Source: an uncultured virus (IMG/VR IMGVR_UViG_3300050508_000500)
Taxonomy: Duplodnaviria > Heunggongvirae > Uroviricota > Caudoviricetes
Strand: one strand, 5' to 3'
DNA: 64,000 nt
Virus record (IMG/VR): IMGVR_UViG_3300050508_000500
The notes below the pieces were generated by a model. That model did no database searches and was not told where the DNA came from. It was given only the letters and a program-made list of their open reading frames with translations. The translations under genes and the position numbers were made by a program. Of the stretch, positions 28,646 through 38,978 are shown piece by piece. How positions within the stretch are numbered: the stretch's first letter is position 1; each line of letters opens with the position of its first letter.

Positions 28646-30160
28646 ATGACTGGCTTTGAGATGATCTTACAACTCGGTCTGTGGGCCAAGACGCATCCCC
28701 ACCTGCTGTTTGGGGGGATGGGGAGCATGCTGGCCCTGATGGCTGGAGCCGGGATGCTGGGGCATGCCAAACGGCACAAACAGATTACCCAGGGAAGCGC
28801 TCGGTGGGCGACGTTTCGCGAGATCCGGGACGCGGGGTTGCTGGCGCCCCAGGGCGTGGTGGTCGGGCGCTTAGGGCGACGGCTCCTCTGTGACGCCAGC
28901 GATACGCACGTGTTGCTCCTGGCGCCTACGAGGACCGGCAAAGGCGTGGGGCCGATTTTGTGCACCCTCCTTGGGGGATGGCACGCCTCCGCGCTCGTCT
29001 ACGATCCCGCCGATGGCGAAAACGCGAACGCCTCGGCGCCGTATCGGGCCGCACTGGGACACCGTGTCGCCCAATTTACGCCGAAGCGCTCGCCCCAGGC
29101 CTGTATCAATGTGTGCGACCTTATACGGGTGGGAACGCCGCACGAGTTTGATGATGCCTGGGCGATTGCGGAGAGCCTCCAGCCGCAGGACCAGCAGGTG
29201 CGCCACAGTGACACTGGCGTCCATTTTCGTGACCTGGTGTTGATGCTGCTCACCGCCGCGCAACTGCATATGGCCTACGCGGAACCGCCAGGCTCACTCG
29301 GCAAATTGCTGTGGCTCCTCATGCAGAAGTACCGCACGCTCCCGGCGTTTGTGCAGGCGATGACGCGAGAGAACCACACGGGCATCGGCGTCCATCAGGC
29401 CATTCATATGCTGGCAACGGGGATTCAGAATATTACCAACGAGCGCGAGCTCTCGGGAGTATGGACGACGGCGATCCGCCCGCTCTTGCCCTATATGGAT
29501 TACGCGATCCAGCGCAGCACGGATCGCTCGACCATCGCCCTGCGCGATTTGCAGCATGGCCCCACGCCGCTCACGCTCTACCTCGTGGCGCCCAGTACGA
29601 CGGATTTGACGCGCCTGGCCCCGGTGTACCGGGTTATTTCCGATATGGCCATGCGCGAACTGGAGCAGATGCCGCCAAGGAGCGCCCGGCATCGCCTGCT
29701 CGTTATTGCGGATGAGGCCCCGGCGTACGGGTATAGTCGCTTCCTCGATAAAGGCAGCGCCGAAGTGGCCAAGTACGGCATCAAGCTCCTCCTTGTGGCG
29801 CAAGATCTGCCGCAACTGGACGCCACGTTTGGGCGGGAAAATAGCGTCTGGGGCAACACCTCCACCAAGATTTTCTTTGCTCCGGATAGCGATCTCACGG
29901 CCAAGCGTCTCAGTGAGAACTTTCTTGGCAAAGAAACCGTCGAGCAACCCGTCCTCTCGAAGCAGGCGGGCCTCGTCCAGCGGCCTTCGGTCTCGTACCA
30001 GCAAGTCGGGCGGTTCCTGATGACCCCTGATGAGTTGCGGGCCATGGACCCACGGGCGGCGATTGTCTACCAGACGGGGTTGCGGCCCATTCTATGCGGC
30101 AAGGTCAATTGTTTGACGGATCCAGAATATGCCGGGCGGCATGCGGCGCCAGTCCCGTAG
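28646..30160 (+). CDS. traG: Type IV coupling protein (VirD4/TraG family)
   Basis: N-terminal TM; GSARWA; Walker A APTRTGKG; Walker B LVIADE; AQDLPQL; LMTPDEL. Confidence 0.95.
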   Translation: MTGFEMILQLGLWAKTHPHLLFGGMGSMLALMAGAGMLGHAKRHKQITQGSARWATFREIRDAGLLAPQGVVVGRLGRRLLCDASDTHVLLLAPTRTGKGVGPILCTLLGGWHASALVYDPADGENANASAPYRAALGHRVAQFTPKRSPQACINVCDLIRVGTPHEFDDAWAIAESLQPQDQQVRHSDTGVHFRDLVLMLLTAAQLHMAYAEPPGSLGKLLWLLMQKYRTLPAFVQAMTRENHTGIGVHQAIHMLATGIQNITNERELSGVWTTAIRPLLPYMDYAIQRSTDRSTIALRDLQHGPTPLTLYLVAPSTTDLTRLAPVYRVISDMAMRELEQMPPRSARHRLLVIADEAPAYGYSRFLDKGSAEVAKYGIKLLLVAQDLPQLDATFGRENSVWGNTSTKIFFAPDSDLTAKRLSENFLGKETVEQPVLSKQAGLVQRPSVSYQQVGRFLMTPDELRAMDPRAAIVYQTGLRPILCGKVNCLTDPEYAGRHAAPVP

Positions 30161-30196
30161 GCTGGAGGCGGGAGGCGGGAAGAGAAGGAGAGCCCC

Positions 30197-30526
30197 GTGG
30201 TGGTGAGCACAACGAAGCGGAGCAAAACAGTTGGCGTGGTGGTGCTGCTGGGCGTGTGCCTGGTGGCACGCCAGGCACACGCCTTTTCCCTGGGGATTGC
30301 CCTGGATGGCTTTCTCGGGGATCTGGAAACGGCCATGGTCTCGCTCGGCCTGGTTGCTTTCCTGGCGGGTGGGATTGGGACCATCGTGGCGATGACCGAG
30401 AATGCCTACGCGCAATTCTTAAGTGGGTATCTCTCGCTCTTCGTCAAAGGCGGCATTTTGGGAGGACTCTCCACGATTGGCGGGGCCTTGGGTCTCGTCA
30501 GTGGCGCCCTCCTGCTAGGAGCATAG
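30197..30526 (+). CDS. trbC: Pilin (TrbC/VirB2)
   Basis: Signal ending AHA plus two hydrophobic helices; precedes VirB3/VirB4. Confidence 0.7.
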   Translation: MVVSTTKRSKTVGVVVLLGVCLVARQAHAFSLGIALDGFLGDLETAMVSLGLVAFLAGGIGTIVAMTENAYAQFLSGYLSLFVKGGILGGLSTIGGALGLVSGALLLGA

Positions 30527-30527
30527 C

Positions 30528-30824
30528 ATGGCCGAACGGTGGGGGACGCTGGGCTACGAGGCCCCGATACGGTTAGGCACCTGGCAACGCCTGCTGAGTC
30601 TGGGGGCACCCCGCATGTACTCCTACACCTGGCTCATTGCCTGTATCTGGGTGGGCCTGGTGACGTGGATGAAGCTGGGCATGCGCTGGGCGGCTGCGGT
30701 AGGTGTCGTCTGGCTCAGCGTCCAACTCCTGCTTATAGGCCTCACGTACTGGAATGTGAATTGGGATAGTGCATTGCTGGCGCGCTGGCGGCGCAAGTAT
30801 CAACCGTACTACAGAAGCGGCTGA
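30528..30824 (+). CDS. trbD: VirB3/TrbD
   Basis: GYEAPIRLG...LLSLGAPR then two TMs. Confidence 0.8.
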   Translation: MAERWGTLGYEAPIRLGTWQRLLSLGAPRMYSYTWLIACIWVGLVTWMKLGMRWAAAVGVVWLSVQLLLIGLTYWNVNWDSALLARWRRKYQPYYRSG

Positions 30825-30839
30825 GAGAGGAGGGATGGC

Positions 30840-31430
30840 ATGAATCATCGGCAGCATAGCTTGATATGTGATGTTTGTTTCGGTGAGTTTTTGGGGTGGA
30901 AACCAACTCAGCGCTATTGCAGCCGAAAATGTGTTTGGGCTTCTTTCCGTTTCACGGAAGCCGATTTCTGGCGATTGGTTGATAAATCTCCTCGGCCGAA
31001 AGGGTGCTGGTTGTATACCGGGTCTGCGTATGATAACGGGGGCGGGATTAGCTATGGAAAATTTGGGGCTGCCTATGCTCATCGTTATGCATATGAGCGT
31101 TACCATCCAGGGGTAGTTTTAACTTCAGACGATCTTATCTGTCATACCTGCGACATAGGATTATGCGTTCATAAGGACCATCTTTTTAAAGGAGCATGTC
31201 AAGACAACATGGATGATGCACGTTCAAAAGGACGAATTTCTCAAGGTTCAAAACATCCAGGAGTCACGACGACAGAAGAGGTAGTCAAAAAGATATGGGA
31301 TGAATGGCAAAGAGAGGGGAGACCAACACTCAAAGTCCTTGCACAAAAGTATGATGTCTCCTTTTTCGTGGCCATGCATATTGTGTCGGGGACAACCTGG
31401 AAACATGTAACGCGCCTGAAGGGACTCTAA
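30840..31430 (+). CDS. HNH homing endonuclease inserted between trbD and trbE
   Basis: FWRLVDK...GCWLYTG...AHRYAYE...CHTCDIGLCVHKDHLFKG...DNMDD; visibly more AT-rich than flanks. Confidence 0.9.
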   Translation: MNHRQHSLICDVCFGEFLGWKPTQRYCSRKCVWASFRFTEADFWRLVDKSPRPKGCWLYTGSAYDNGGGISYGKFGAAYAHRYAYERYHPGVVLTSDDLICHTCDIGLCVHKDHLFKGACQDNMDDARSKGRISQGSKHPGVTTTEEVVKKIWDEWQREGRPTLKVLAQKYDVSFFVAMHIVSGTTWKHVTRLKGL

Positions 31431-31432
31431 CC

Positions 31433-34060
31433 ATGGCGGTCTATACCGAATACCACCCCACGCCGCGCAAAAAACCTGCCGTGGTATCCGACATGCTGCC
31501 CTGGCGCGCCATGGTGGCTCCCAATGTGGTGCTTCAGAAAGATAAAGGCTTACAACGCTCCTATGCCGTGCGAGGCACCGACGTGACGGGCCTCACTCCC
31601 GAAGAGTTGGGCACGCAAGCCCTGCGGGCCAATGATGTCCTGAAGAAGTTTGGCGGGCAGTGGATGATCCATAGTGAAGCGCAGCGCCGCCGCGTGACCT
31701 CCATCCCGCAGGCAGATTGGCAGGGCTATGCGGTGGCCGCATGGATGGATGCCTGTCGCCGTCAGCAGCTCCTGGTCGACCCCGGCAGCTACGAAACACA
31801 GTATTTTATGACGCCGACCTACCGGCCGCCGCCTGAAGCCGCGGTCCAGGGCCTGCGCTGGTTTCTCTATGGTCCCGGCGCCCAACGTCAGACAGCAACC
31901 CAGGCACGGCAGCGCACCGAACAGGAGTTTGTCACGCAAGTCGATTACTTTATGGGGCTCTTGTCAGGCATGCTGGCAGAATGTCGAGTCCTGACGCCAG
32001 CGGAAACGTTTACCTATCTCCACTCCACGATTTCGGATCAGTGGCACCCGGTCGGGACGCTCGCCTACTGGAACGGCATTGATAGCCAACTGGGCACCTC
32101 GCCCTGGTATGGGGAGCATTATCCGAGCCTGGGCGGGCGGCCTGATGACCCCCACTCCTGGAAAGTGCGGCTCTGCTCCATTATGGGCTACCCCCATAGC
32201 TCGGTGGTGGGAGTCATGCAGGCACTCGATGTGGCGCAAGTGGAGTATCGCTGGGTGGTGCGCTGGCTGGGGATGCACCGGCAACTCCAGGAAGGGATTT
32301 TGCGCCGCCGCCACCATGCCTGGGTCGGCCAGGAAAAGACCATGGCGCAGCGCGCGGCAGAACAGCTCGGCGGGGACATGGCCCGTGTGACGGATAGCTC
32401 GGCCTTGAACAAAGCCGCCGAACTCGATGCGGCCAGGCAAGAAACGGGGCATGACCTGGTAGCCTACGGCGATTTTACGACGGTTATTATGGTCTGGGAC
32501 CGTGATCCGGCTGAGGCGGACATGAAGCTGCAAGTCGTGCGGCAGGCCCTCCAGGATCGCGGCTTCACCACGGCGATTGAAACTGATGAGAGTACGCCCG
32601 CCTGGTTTGCCACGCATCCGGGGAACCGCCTCGATCATGTGGCCCGCACGCCGCAGTCCTCCCTCACGCTCGAACACCTCTGCCCCGGCCTCAATGCCGC
32701 TTGGCGCGGTCCGGCGCGTGACGAGTATCTGGACGGCTTGCCGTGGCTCTATGCTGTGAGTCGCGGGAATACCCTCATTCGCATTGTGAACCATATTCGT
32801 GACCTGGGACACTTCTTATTGCTTGGCGCAACACGCTCTGGCAAGTCGACACTCCTCAATGTCCTGCGCGCGGCCTGGATGCAGTACCGCCACGCGCAAG
32901 CCATGCTCTTCGATCTGGATGGGCACGGCCGGCTGCTCACCCACCTGCTTGGCGGCGCGTGGCATGATTTGGGGGCGCCGGGTGTCCAGTATGCCCCGTT
33001 TCAGGGCCTGGAGGACGCGGAGCACCTGGGCCTGGTGCAAGAGTGGCTCCTCGACCTCTTGCTCGATTACGGGATTACGCGGGATGCGATGGTGGTCAGT
33101 CACCTGGGGCGCGGCCTGGCGGCCTTGCGGGAGCAACCGGCTTCGAAGCGCACCATGAGTACGCTCCTCAGCCTCCTGGTGGCGGCGGGGGAATCCGCGA
33201 CGCAGCGCGCCCGCACCGGCAGTCGAGATATTCACGGGATTGCCCACCCGGATCAAACCCTCATGACCCTGGTCAATACTAGGCATGCCATCCACCGCAC
33301 GCTCGAGCAATTTACGCAGCGGGGGGTCTATCAGGGCCTCTTTGATGCGGCAACGGACGCCTTGACGAGCCATCCAGTCCAGACCTTTGAGATGGCGCAA
33401 CTGCTCCATCGCCCGTCCGTGCTGGCCCCGGTGCTGCGCTATATCCTCAATCTCCATGTGGAGCCCCAGATGAGTACGGCGGCGCCCATGTTGCTCGCCA
33501 TGGATGATGCGGCGGTCTCGTGGATGGCCGACTCGATGACCCAGGAAGTGACCGGCATGGCGGGGGTCCGGCGCGAAGAAAAAGTGCAGACCTATCTCCA
33601 AACCAAGGCGAAAAAAGCCGTGAGCCTGGGCTTTTCCACCCACAGCCTCATTAAAGTGTTTGGTGGGCCGCTGGGGACCCTCCTCCAGGAAGCGTGTCCC
33701 ACGCGATTTTACCTCCCGAACGGCGCGGCGCTGGAGCCCGATATTTACGCGGTCTATACCCGGCTGGGCCTCACCGATCCCGCCATTCAGTTGGTGGCGC
33801 ACGCGCAGCCGCAACGGGATGTCTTCTTTGCGCAACGCGAACTCGGGCAGCAGCTCGTGAGTCTGCCCCTGCCGCGGCCCGTGCTGGACTGTGTCGCCCG
33901 CAATAGCATGGCGGACCATGCTCTCATGGATCACCTCCTCGCGCAGGAAGGGCCCGAGGGGTTTGCCCCGGCCTGGTTTCGCGCCTGTGGGCAGCATGAG
34001 GCGGCGACGTTTGTCGAAAGGTATCACGATGACGCGAAGCGAATGGTTCCAATTGCCTGA
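31433..34060 (+). CDS. trbE: VirB4/TrbE ATPase
   Basis: SDMLPW...VVLQKD; Walker A GATRSGKST; ACPTRFYLPN. Confidence 0.92.
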   Translation: MAVYTEYHPTPRKKPAVVSDMLPWRAMVAPNVVLQKDKGLQRSYAVRGTDVTGLTPEELGTQALRANDVLKKFGGQWMIHSEAQRRRVTSIPQADWQGYAVAAWMDACRRQQLLVDPGSYETQYFMTPTYRPPPEAAVQGLRWFLYGPGAQRQTATQARQRTEQEFVTQVDYFMGLLSGMLAECRVLTPAETFTYLHSTISDQWHPVGTLAYWNGIDSQLGTSPWYGEHYPSLGGRPDDPHSWKVRLCSIMGYPHSSVVGVMQALDVAQVEYRWVVRWLGMHRQLQEGILRRRHHAWVGQEKTMAQRAAEQLGGDMARVTDSSALNKAAELDAARQETGHDLVAYGDFTTVIMVWDRDPAEADMKLQVVRQALQDRGFTTAIETDESTPAWFATHPGNRLDHVARTPQSSLTLEHLCPGLNAAWRGPARDEYLDGLPWLYAVSRGNTLIRIVNHIRDLGHFLLLGATRSGKSTLLNVLRAAWMQYRHAQAMLFDLDGHGRLLTHLLGGAWHDLGAPGVQYAPFQGLEDAEHLGLVQEWLLDLLLDYGITRDAMVVSHLGRGLAALREQPASKRTMSTLLSLLVAAGESATQRARTGSRDIHGIAHPDQTLMTLVNTRHAIHRTLEQFTQRGVYQGLFDAATDALTSHPVQTFEMAQLLHRPSVLAPVLRYILNLHVEPQMSTAAPMLLAMDDAAVSWMADSMTQEVTGMAGVRREEKVQTYLQTKAKKAVSLGFSTHSLIKVFGGPLGTLLQEACPTRFYLPNGAALEPDIYAVYTRLGLTDPAIQLVAHAQPQRDVFFAQRELGQQLVSLPLPRPVLDCVARNSMADHALMDHLLAQEGPEGFAPAWFRACGQHEAATFVERYHDDAKRMVPIA

Positions 34061-34271
34061 GCGTGAGCGCGCGGCGATTCGGCAGGCGAGTGCCGAGGCC
34101 AGCTTGCGCGAGTTTGCCCCACGCCGCGACCGGCGTCGCAGTGACTGGCAGCGCACCATAGATGTCTGGGAAGCCCGAGATGCGTACCGGGTACAGAATG
34201 GCCTGCTCGGCGTCGGACTCGCGTTGCTCCTCGGGTTTGTCCTGGCATGTGCGGGGGTGTTTCTCCGCTAG
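34029..34271 (+). CDS. Small protein with C-terminal TM
   Basis: MTRSEWFQLPERER...GLLGVGLALLLGFVLACAGVFLR. Confidence 0.45.
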   Translation: MTRSEWFQLPERERAAIRQASAEASLREFAPRRDRRRSDWQRTIDVWEARDAYRVQNGLLGVGLALLLGFVLACAGVFLR

Positions 34272-34282
34272 AAAGGTGACGT

Positions 34283-34489
34283 ATGAATCGCCACGTGCTG
34301 ATGGGAGGTGTCTGGGTGGCGGGCATGCTCCTCCTGATGCTGGTGGGGGTGGTACTGCTCGCGTTCACGCTGAGTGGCTGCGCGGACTTTGGCTATCGGA
34401 TGAATGAACTCCATGGCTTAAATTGCCGGCCCGAGGCGCTCAAGGACGGAAAATGTGTGAGTACCAGCAGCAAGGAGGCCAAGCAATGA
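34283..34489 (+). CDS. Small lipoprotein (entry exclusion TrbK-like or VirB7-like)
   Basis: Lipobox LSGC; adjacent to trbJ. Confidence 0.55.
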   Translation: MNRHVLMGGVWVAGMLLLMLVGVVLLAFTLSGCADFGYRMNELHGLNCRPEALKDGKCVSTSSKEAKQ

Positions 34490-35181
34490 GACTTCGTACG
34501 GTCCTGGCCATCGGGGTGTTGGTCGCCACTCCGCTCTCTAGCGGTGCACAGGTCCTGGGTACCGGAATTACACCGGTTGCTGAGGTCGGAGCGAATCTGG
34601 CTCAAAATACGATCACGGCCATCCAAAGCGCCATCACGTCTGCCCAGACCACGCTTATCCAACTCAACCAAATTATCGATCTCACCCCCGTGAAATCCCT
34701 CACGGCAGCCGGGGGGATCGTCGAGGACATCGAACTCATGTGCGACCTCCTCAAGCAGGCGGAAGCGCTCAACGCCGACGTGCAGAGCCTAGAGCGGCAG
34801 ATCGCCGTACTCCTGGACCTGGAGCAAGCTCCCCGCACGCGGTCGGAGTTGGATCAGCGGATGGCCGAACTCAAAAAGATGAAACAGGAAGCCCGGACGT
34901 TTGCCTTTCGCACGCAAACCCTGATTAAGACCCTTATTCGCACCGGCGACCATGTGCGGGCACTTTTTGAGGACGTGGAAAAACTCTTGGGCAACCTGGC
35001 CGGGCAACAACGCCTCGCGGAAGTGCAGCAGAACCAGACCAAGACGTTGGCCGTCCTGGCGGCCCAGACGGCGGCGTGGCAACGCTCGGAGGTCATTGAC
35101 CGCGCCTCGGCCGACATGATCCGGGAAAGCCTGAGCCGGATTGGCGATCAACGCCTGGCCGACTGGCCACGCTGGGAGTGA
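34486..35181 (+). CDS. trbJ: TrbJ/VirB5-like protein
   Basis: Signal peptide; ANLAQNTITA; GNLAGQQ; helical and Gln-rich. Confidence 0.75.
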   Translation: MRLRTVLAIGVLVATPLSSGAQVLGTGITPVAEVGANLAQNTITAIQSAITSAQTTLIQLNQIIDLTPVKSLTAAGGIVEDIELMCDLLKQAEALNADVQSLERQIAVLLDLEQAPRTRSELDQRMAELKKMKQEARTFAFRTQTLIKTLIRTGDHVRALFEDVEKLLGNLAGQQRLAEVQQNQTKTLAVLAAQTAAWQRSEVIDRASADMIRESLSRIGDQRLADWPRWE

Positions 35182-35184
35182 CGC

Positions 35185-36117
35185 ATGGGAGCCCTCATTA
35201 ATCTCCTGGCGGGCGCCTATCTGAGCGCGCTCGAAACGGGTGCCCAGGCGCTGGCCCAGTACGCCATTCCTATCCTGAGTGTGGCCGCGCTCATCCAACT
35301 CTACCGGGAATGGTGGCCGGTCATGCTGAGCGGCGGGAGCCAGCTCGGCGACGCCCTCGGGCATCTGCTCTTTTTGGCGGTCACCACGGGCTTTTATATG
35401 TGGGTCTTGGTCCATCTCTGGGAGATGGGGCAGGCGGCCTTTGACACGTTTGCCACCTGGGGCATGCTCGGGGGCGGCAATGGGCTCAGTAGCGAGCAAC
35501 TCCGCAACCCTGGCTTTATCCTCGACATTGGCCTCCGCGTCGCCTTTCCCCTCGCTGAGCAGGCCACCTGGTATCAAAAAATCTGGCAGGGCTTGAACCT
35601 GGCCTTTGCGCCCAGCGAATGGTTGCAGGTGCTCGCCATTACGCTCGCCTTTGCGGCCATTGCGGTGCATCACCTCTTTATGCTCGTGGAGTTTTACCTC
35701 GCCCTCATGTGCGGCCAGGTCCTCATTGGCTGGGGTATCTGGCGCACCACCACCCATTTTGCCGAGTTTAGCCTGGGGTGGATTACGGGGGCCCTTATTC
35801 GGGCGCTCGTGAGTTGTACGATGATTGGTCTCTCTCTCCCGCTCTTTGAGCAACTCCGTCTGCCCCCGCCCGCGACGGGAGGCGTCTTCGATGTCATGAC
35901 CTACATCCAGGCAGCCACCCCCGTGATCGGGAGCCTCATTTTTGCGGTCCTGGCCTGGGTCCTGCCCGCCAAGGCGGCACGGCTGGCGGGAGGGGCCTCG
36001 CTGGGCCTCACAGGCTCGACGATTGCCTCGGCGGCCATGACCACGACCCGCTTTGTCCAGATGTCGGCCGGGGTGGCGCGGGGTACCTCGGCCATGCTGC
36101 GCCGGGTAGGCGCGTAA
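35185..36117 (+). CDS. trbL: TrbL/VirB6 inner-membrane protein
   Basis: Polytopic; LRNPGFILDIG; VEFYL...LIGWGIWRTTTHFAE; PAKAARLAGG. Confidence 0.85.
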   Translation: MGALINLLAGAYLSALETGAQALAQYAIPILSVAALIQLYREWWPVMLSGGSQLGDALGHLLFLAVTTGFYMWVLVHLWEMGQAAFDTFATWGMLGGGNGLSSEQLRNPGFILDIGLRVAFPLAEQATWYQKIWQGLNLAFAPSEWLQVLAITLAFAAIAVHHLFMLVEFYLALMCGQVLIGWGIWRTTTHFAEFSLGWITGALIRALVSCTMIGLSLPLFEQLRLPPPATGGVFDVMTYIQAATPVIGSLIFAVLAWVLPAKAARLAGGASLGLTGSTIASAAMTTTRFVQMSAGVARGTSAMLRRVGA

Positions 36118-36121
36118 GGAG

Positions 36122-36883
36122 ATGCCCATGGCGACGCGCATGGCGACAGACGTGGCCCCCACCATCGGCAGCAGCAACGGCCATGCCCTGCCAACCTTGC
36201 CGCCAGAGCTCGAAGCGTTTCCCGCCATGATTGAGGCCGTGATGACGCAGACGCGTGCCGACCTCGATGCGCGCGATGCCTCGGCCGAACAGCACGCCTG
36301 GCTGTGGCATCGGTTTGCGCTCTGGCTGGCTGGTCTGCTCTTTGGGGCGCTGCTCATCGTCGCCTGGCTCGTCTATGAGCGCCGCGACGTGCAGGCCTTC
36401 GTGCAGGTGGTGCAGATGGACGAGGGCCGTCTCGTGCAGATTGGCGTCCCCCAGAAGCTCCTCGACTATACCCCGCCTGATGCGCCCTACATGGACATGC
36501 TGGCCGAATGGCTGCGCCGGGTCTACTGGCGCGGCGACGACGTGGCTAAGGCCGAGTTGCATGATTGGCGCTGGGTGGAACTCCACACCTGCCCCAGTGC
36601 GCGCCCCTTTCTGGCGGGGCTCAAGTCCAAACAGAAACCGGGCAAAAAAGTGACCACCCGGGTGCAGGTGAATATCACGAGCATCACCAAAACTCCGACG
36701 CCCAAGAGTTATCAAGTGCTCTGGGAACAGGTGACCACGGGAACCGACGCCAAAGGCAAGGCGGCGCAGTTTACCACCACGTTCACCGTGGGTCGCCTCG
36801 CGCTCAAAACGCTGGCAGACGCCGAAGATAACCGCTTAGGGATTTGCGTATCGTCGTTTGACACGGCTGAAAATGCGACGTAA
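36122..36883 (+). CDS. trbF: TrbF/VirB8
   Basis: AWLWHRFA + TM; VQAFVQVV; VNITSI...SYQVLWE; NRLGICV. Confidence 0.85.
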   Translation: MPMATRMATDVAPTIGSSNGHALPTLPPELEAFPAMIEAVMTQTRADLDARDASAEQHAWLWHRFALWLAGLLFGALLIVAWLVYERRDVQAFVQVVQMDEGRLVQIGVPQKLLDYTPPDAPYMDMLAEWLRRVYWRGDDVAKAELHDWRWVELHTCPSARPFLAGLKSKQKPGKKVTTRVQVNITSITKTPTPKSYQVLWEQVTTGTDAKGKAAQFTTTFTVGRLALKTLADAEDNRLGICVSSFDTAENAT

Positions 36884-36896
36884 GGAGTGCTCTCGT

Positions 36897-37850
36897 ATGC
36901 GTGTCCTTGGTGTGCTTGTGCTGTGCCTGCTGACGGGGTGTGCGGAGCCCCCGCCGCCGCCTCTGGTGCCTCCGCCGCCCGAGGATCTATCTCTGTGGTC
37001 TGTTCCTGAAGTGGTAAGCCCTGCACCGGTCCAGGCCGCCGCTGAGGCATCCCCGGTCAAAGAGGTGCCTCCGACACCCGCCGAGAAAGTCTATACCTAC
37101 ACGCGTGGGGGGACGTACCTGGCACCCGTCAGCCTGGGCTTTCCGTTGGATATTGTCTTTGGTCCTGGCGAGCAAGTGCATACGCTCACCGATGGGGACC
37201 GGACGCCCCAGGAAGAGGGCAAGGCCCGCAAGTGGCAGGTGCTCCAGGGCGAAGAAGGGAGCGGCGCGGAGACACGCCATCATGTGTTCGTCACCGCGAG
37301 CGAGGTGGGACTGCGCAATGGCCTCGTCGTCACGACCACCAAGCGTGTCTTTTATATCACGCTCGAAAGTGTGGCGAAGTCGCCGATTCGGGTGCTCCGG
37401 TGGAAGGAGGAGGCCGGGTCGGCTGAAGGGACAGGCCATCGCGCTAAAGAGCCAAGCTTACTGCCAGATCCTGCCGAGCCAAAGAGGTGGCATGTGGGCT
37501 ATGTCCTGACGTCCTCGCAGGCCCAAGCCCCCGACTGGTGGCCTCGCCATGTAGTCGATGACGGTCGCAAAATGTATATCGTGCTGCCGGAGGTGACCCT
37601 CTTTGGCGTGGCTCCCATGGTACGGATGATTGGCCCGAACGGGCCAGCGCTGGTCAATGCGCGCACCTATCTTAACGTGATTATTCTGGACCAACTGGCA
37701 GCCCGGCTGGAACTCCGGGTGGGGATAGGCGAGCAGGCAGAAGTGGTCACGATAGCCAGGGGAAGGCTACGCACCATCGCGTGCCCGGATGATGCGGACT
37801 GCCCCCAGTTTCCCGCAGCGGCGCAGCACCTCGCAGGGAGGAGACCATGA
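36897..37850 (+). CDS. trbG: TrbG/VirB9 (lipoprotein signal)
   Basis: LTGC; YTYTRG...DIVFGPGE; LVVTTTKRVF; PRHVVDDGRKMYI. Confidence 0.88.
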   Translation: MRVLGVLVLCLLTGCAEPPPPPLVPPPPEDLSLWSVPEVVSPAPVQAAAEASPVKEVPPTPAEKVYTYTRGGTYLAPVSLGFPLDIVFGPGEQVHTLTDGDRTPQEEGKARKWQVLQGEEGSGAETRHHVFVTASEVGLRNGLVVTTTKRVFYITLESVAKSPIRVLRWKEEAGSAEGTGHRAKEPSLLPDPAEPKRWHVGYVLTSSQAQAPDWWPRHVVDDGRKMYIVLPEVTLFGVAPMVRMIGPNGPALVNARTYLNVIILDQLAARLELRVGIGEQAEVVTIARGRLRTIACPDDADCPQFPAAAQHLAGRRP

Positions 37851-38974
37851 GAGGCGCCGTCTATACCAACCCCATGTCCGCGCCGCCGGTGACAGGGCGC
37901 TCCTTTGGGCGTCTCATTGGCGCCTTTGTCGTGGTCGTGGTGCTTATCCTGGCTGTGGTGGGCGGGCTCCTCTACCTGCGCCGGACGTCGGCCCCGCCCG
38001 CGACGCCCGCGGAAAAGCCGGTGCGCACCTGGAAAAGTCAGAGCATCTATACGCCACTGGACAAAGACCCCGTCGTCCGCGATATCACGGTCCAGGCACT
38101 ACCCACGGTGGCGGCCGCGGCCCCCGATACGGTCGGCCCACGGCTGGAGGCGCTAGAGCGCCAGTCCAAAGACATCCTGCACAAGCTTGAAACCCTCCAG
38201 CATCCGCCCGCGACGCGTGCGGCGGTCCAGGCGCCTCCCCGGCAGGCCCCCAGAAAGGACACCCCGAAGCCGCCGGTGCCACCGCTCCTCATCACCAACA
38301 AGGTGGAGCCATCGCCCGTACCGGAGACGACCCGCCTCTACACGCTCGCCCCAGGGGCCACGAAGATTCCCTTTGTCCTGGAGACGAAGATCATTTCTGA
38401 TGTCGAGGGCTATATGACGGGACGGGTGATCTCGAATATCTTCGATACTGCGACAGGAAGACATCTTTTGATTCCGCAGGGCTCGACGGTCCTCGGCAAT
38501 ACGCAGAGCAGTAAACTCGTCTACGGCAATGAACGTCTTGACACCATTACTCTCAAACTTGCCTTCCCTGATGGGCGGAGCGTCGATCTCGATCGGGCAC
38601 CCATCACGGATCAGGAAGGCGTATCCGGGATGGGAGGTGATGTAAACCAACATTATGGCAGATTGTTAGCGGCCGTCCTCATTCAGGGCGTCCTCAAGGG
38701 TGGAACGACCTCTATCACTGTCGCTGCGAATGAAGCCGCCGGTGTGGGTCATATCGCTTCGAGCGTGGCAGGCGTTGGCGCGCAGGCGGGAACGAAGATT
38801 ACGGGACCACTCCTCAGCACCAAACCCACCATAACCGTTGAAGCTGGCCAGCTTGGAAACGTCATCTTACTCAAAGAGTTAAAACTTCCAGAAATGTGGC
38901 AGGATGGGGAGCCGCGTGAGGCACCGAAGCCCACGCCTGCGGCGACACACAAATCGACCCCACTCAGGAGATGA
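37847..38974 (+). CDS. trbI: TrbI/VirB10
   Basis: TM + Pro-rich linker; IFDTATGRHLLIPQGSTVLG; DQEGVSG; PTITVEAG. Confidence 0.92.
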   Translation: MRGAVYTNPMSAPPVTGRSFGRLIGAFVVVVVLILAVVGGLLYLRRTSAPPATPAEKPVRTWKSQSIYTPLDKDPVVRDITVQALPTVAAAAPDTVGPRLEALERQSKDILHKLETLQHPPATRAAVQAPPRQAPRKDTPKPPVPPLLITNKVEPSPVPETTRLYTLAPGATKIPFVLETKIISDVEGYMTGRVISNIFDTATGRHLLIPQGSTVLGNTQSSKLVYGNERLDTITLKLAFPDGRSVDLDRAPITDQEGVSGMGGDVNQHYGRLLAAVLIQGVLKGGTTSITVAANEAAGVGHIASSVAGVGAQAGTKITGPLLSTKPTITVEAGQLGNVILLKELKLPEMWQDGEPREAPKPTPAATHKSTPLRR

Positions 38975-38978
38975 TCCT

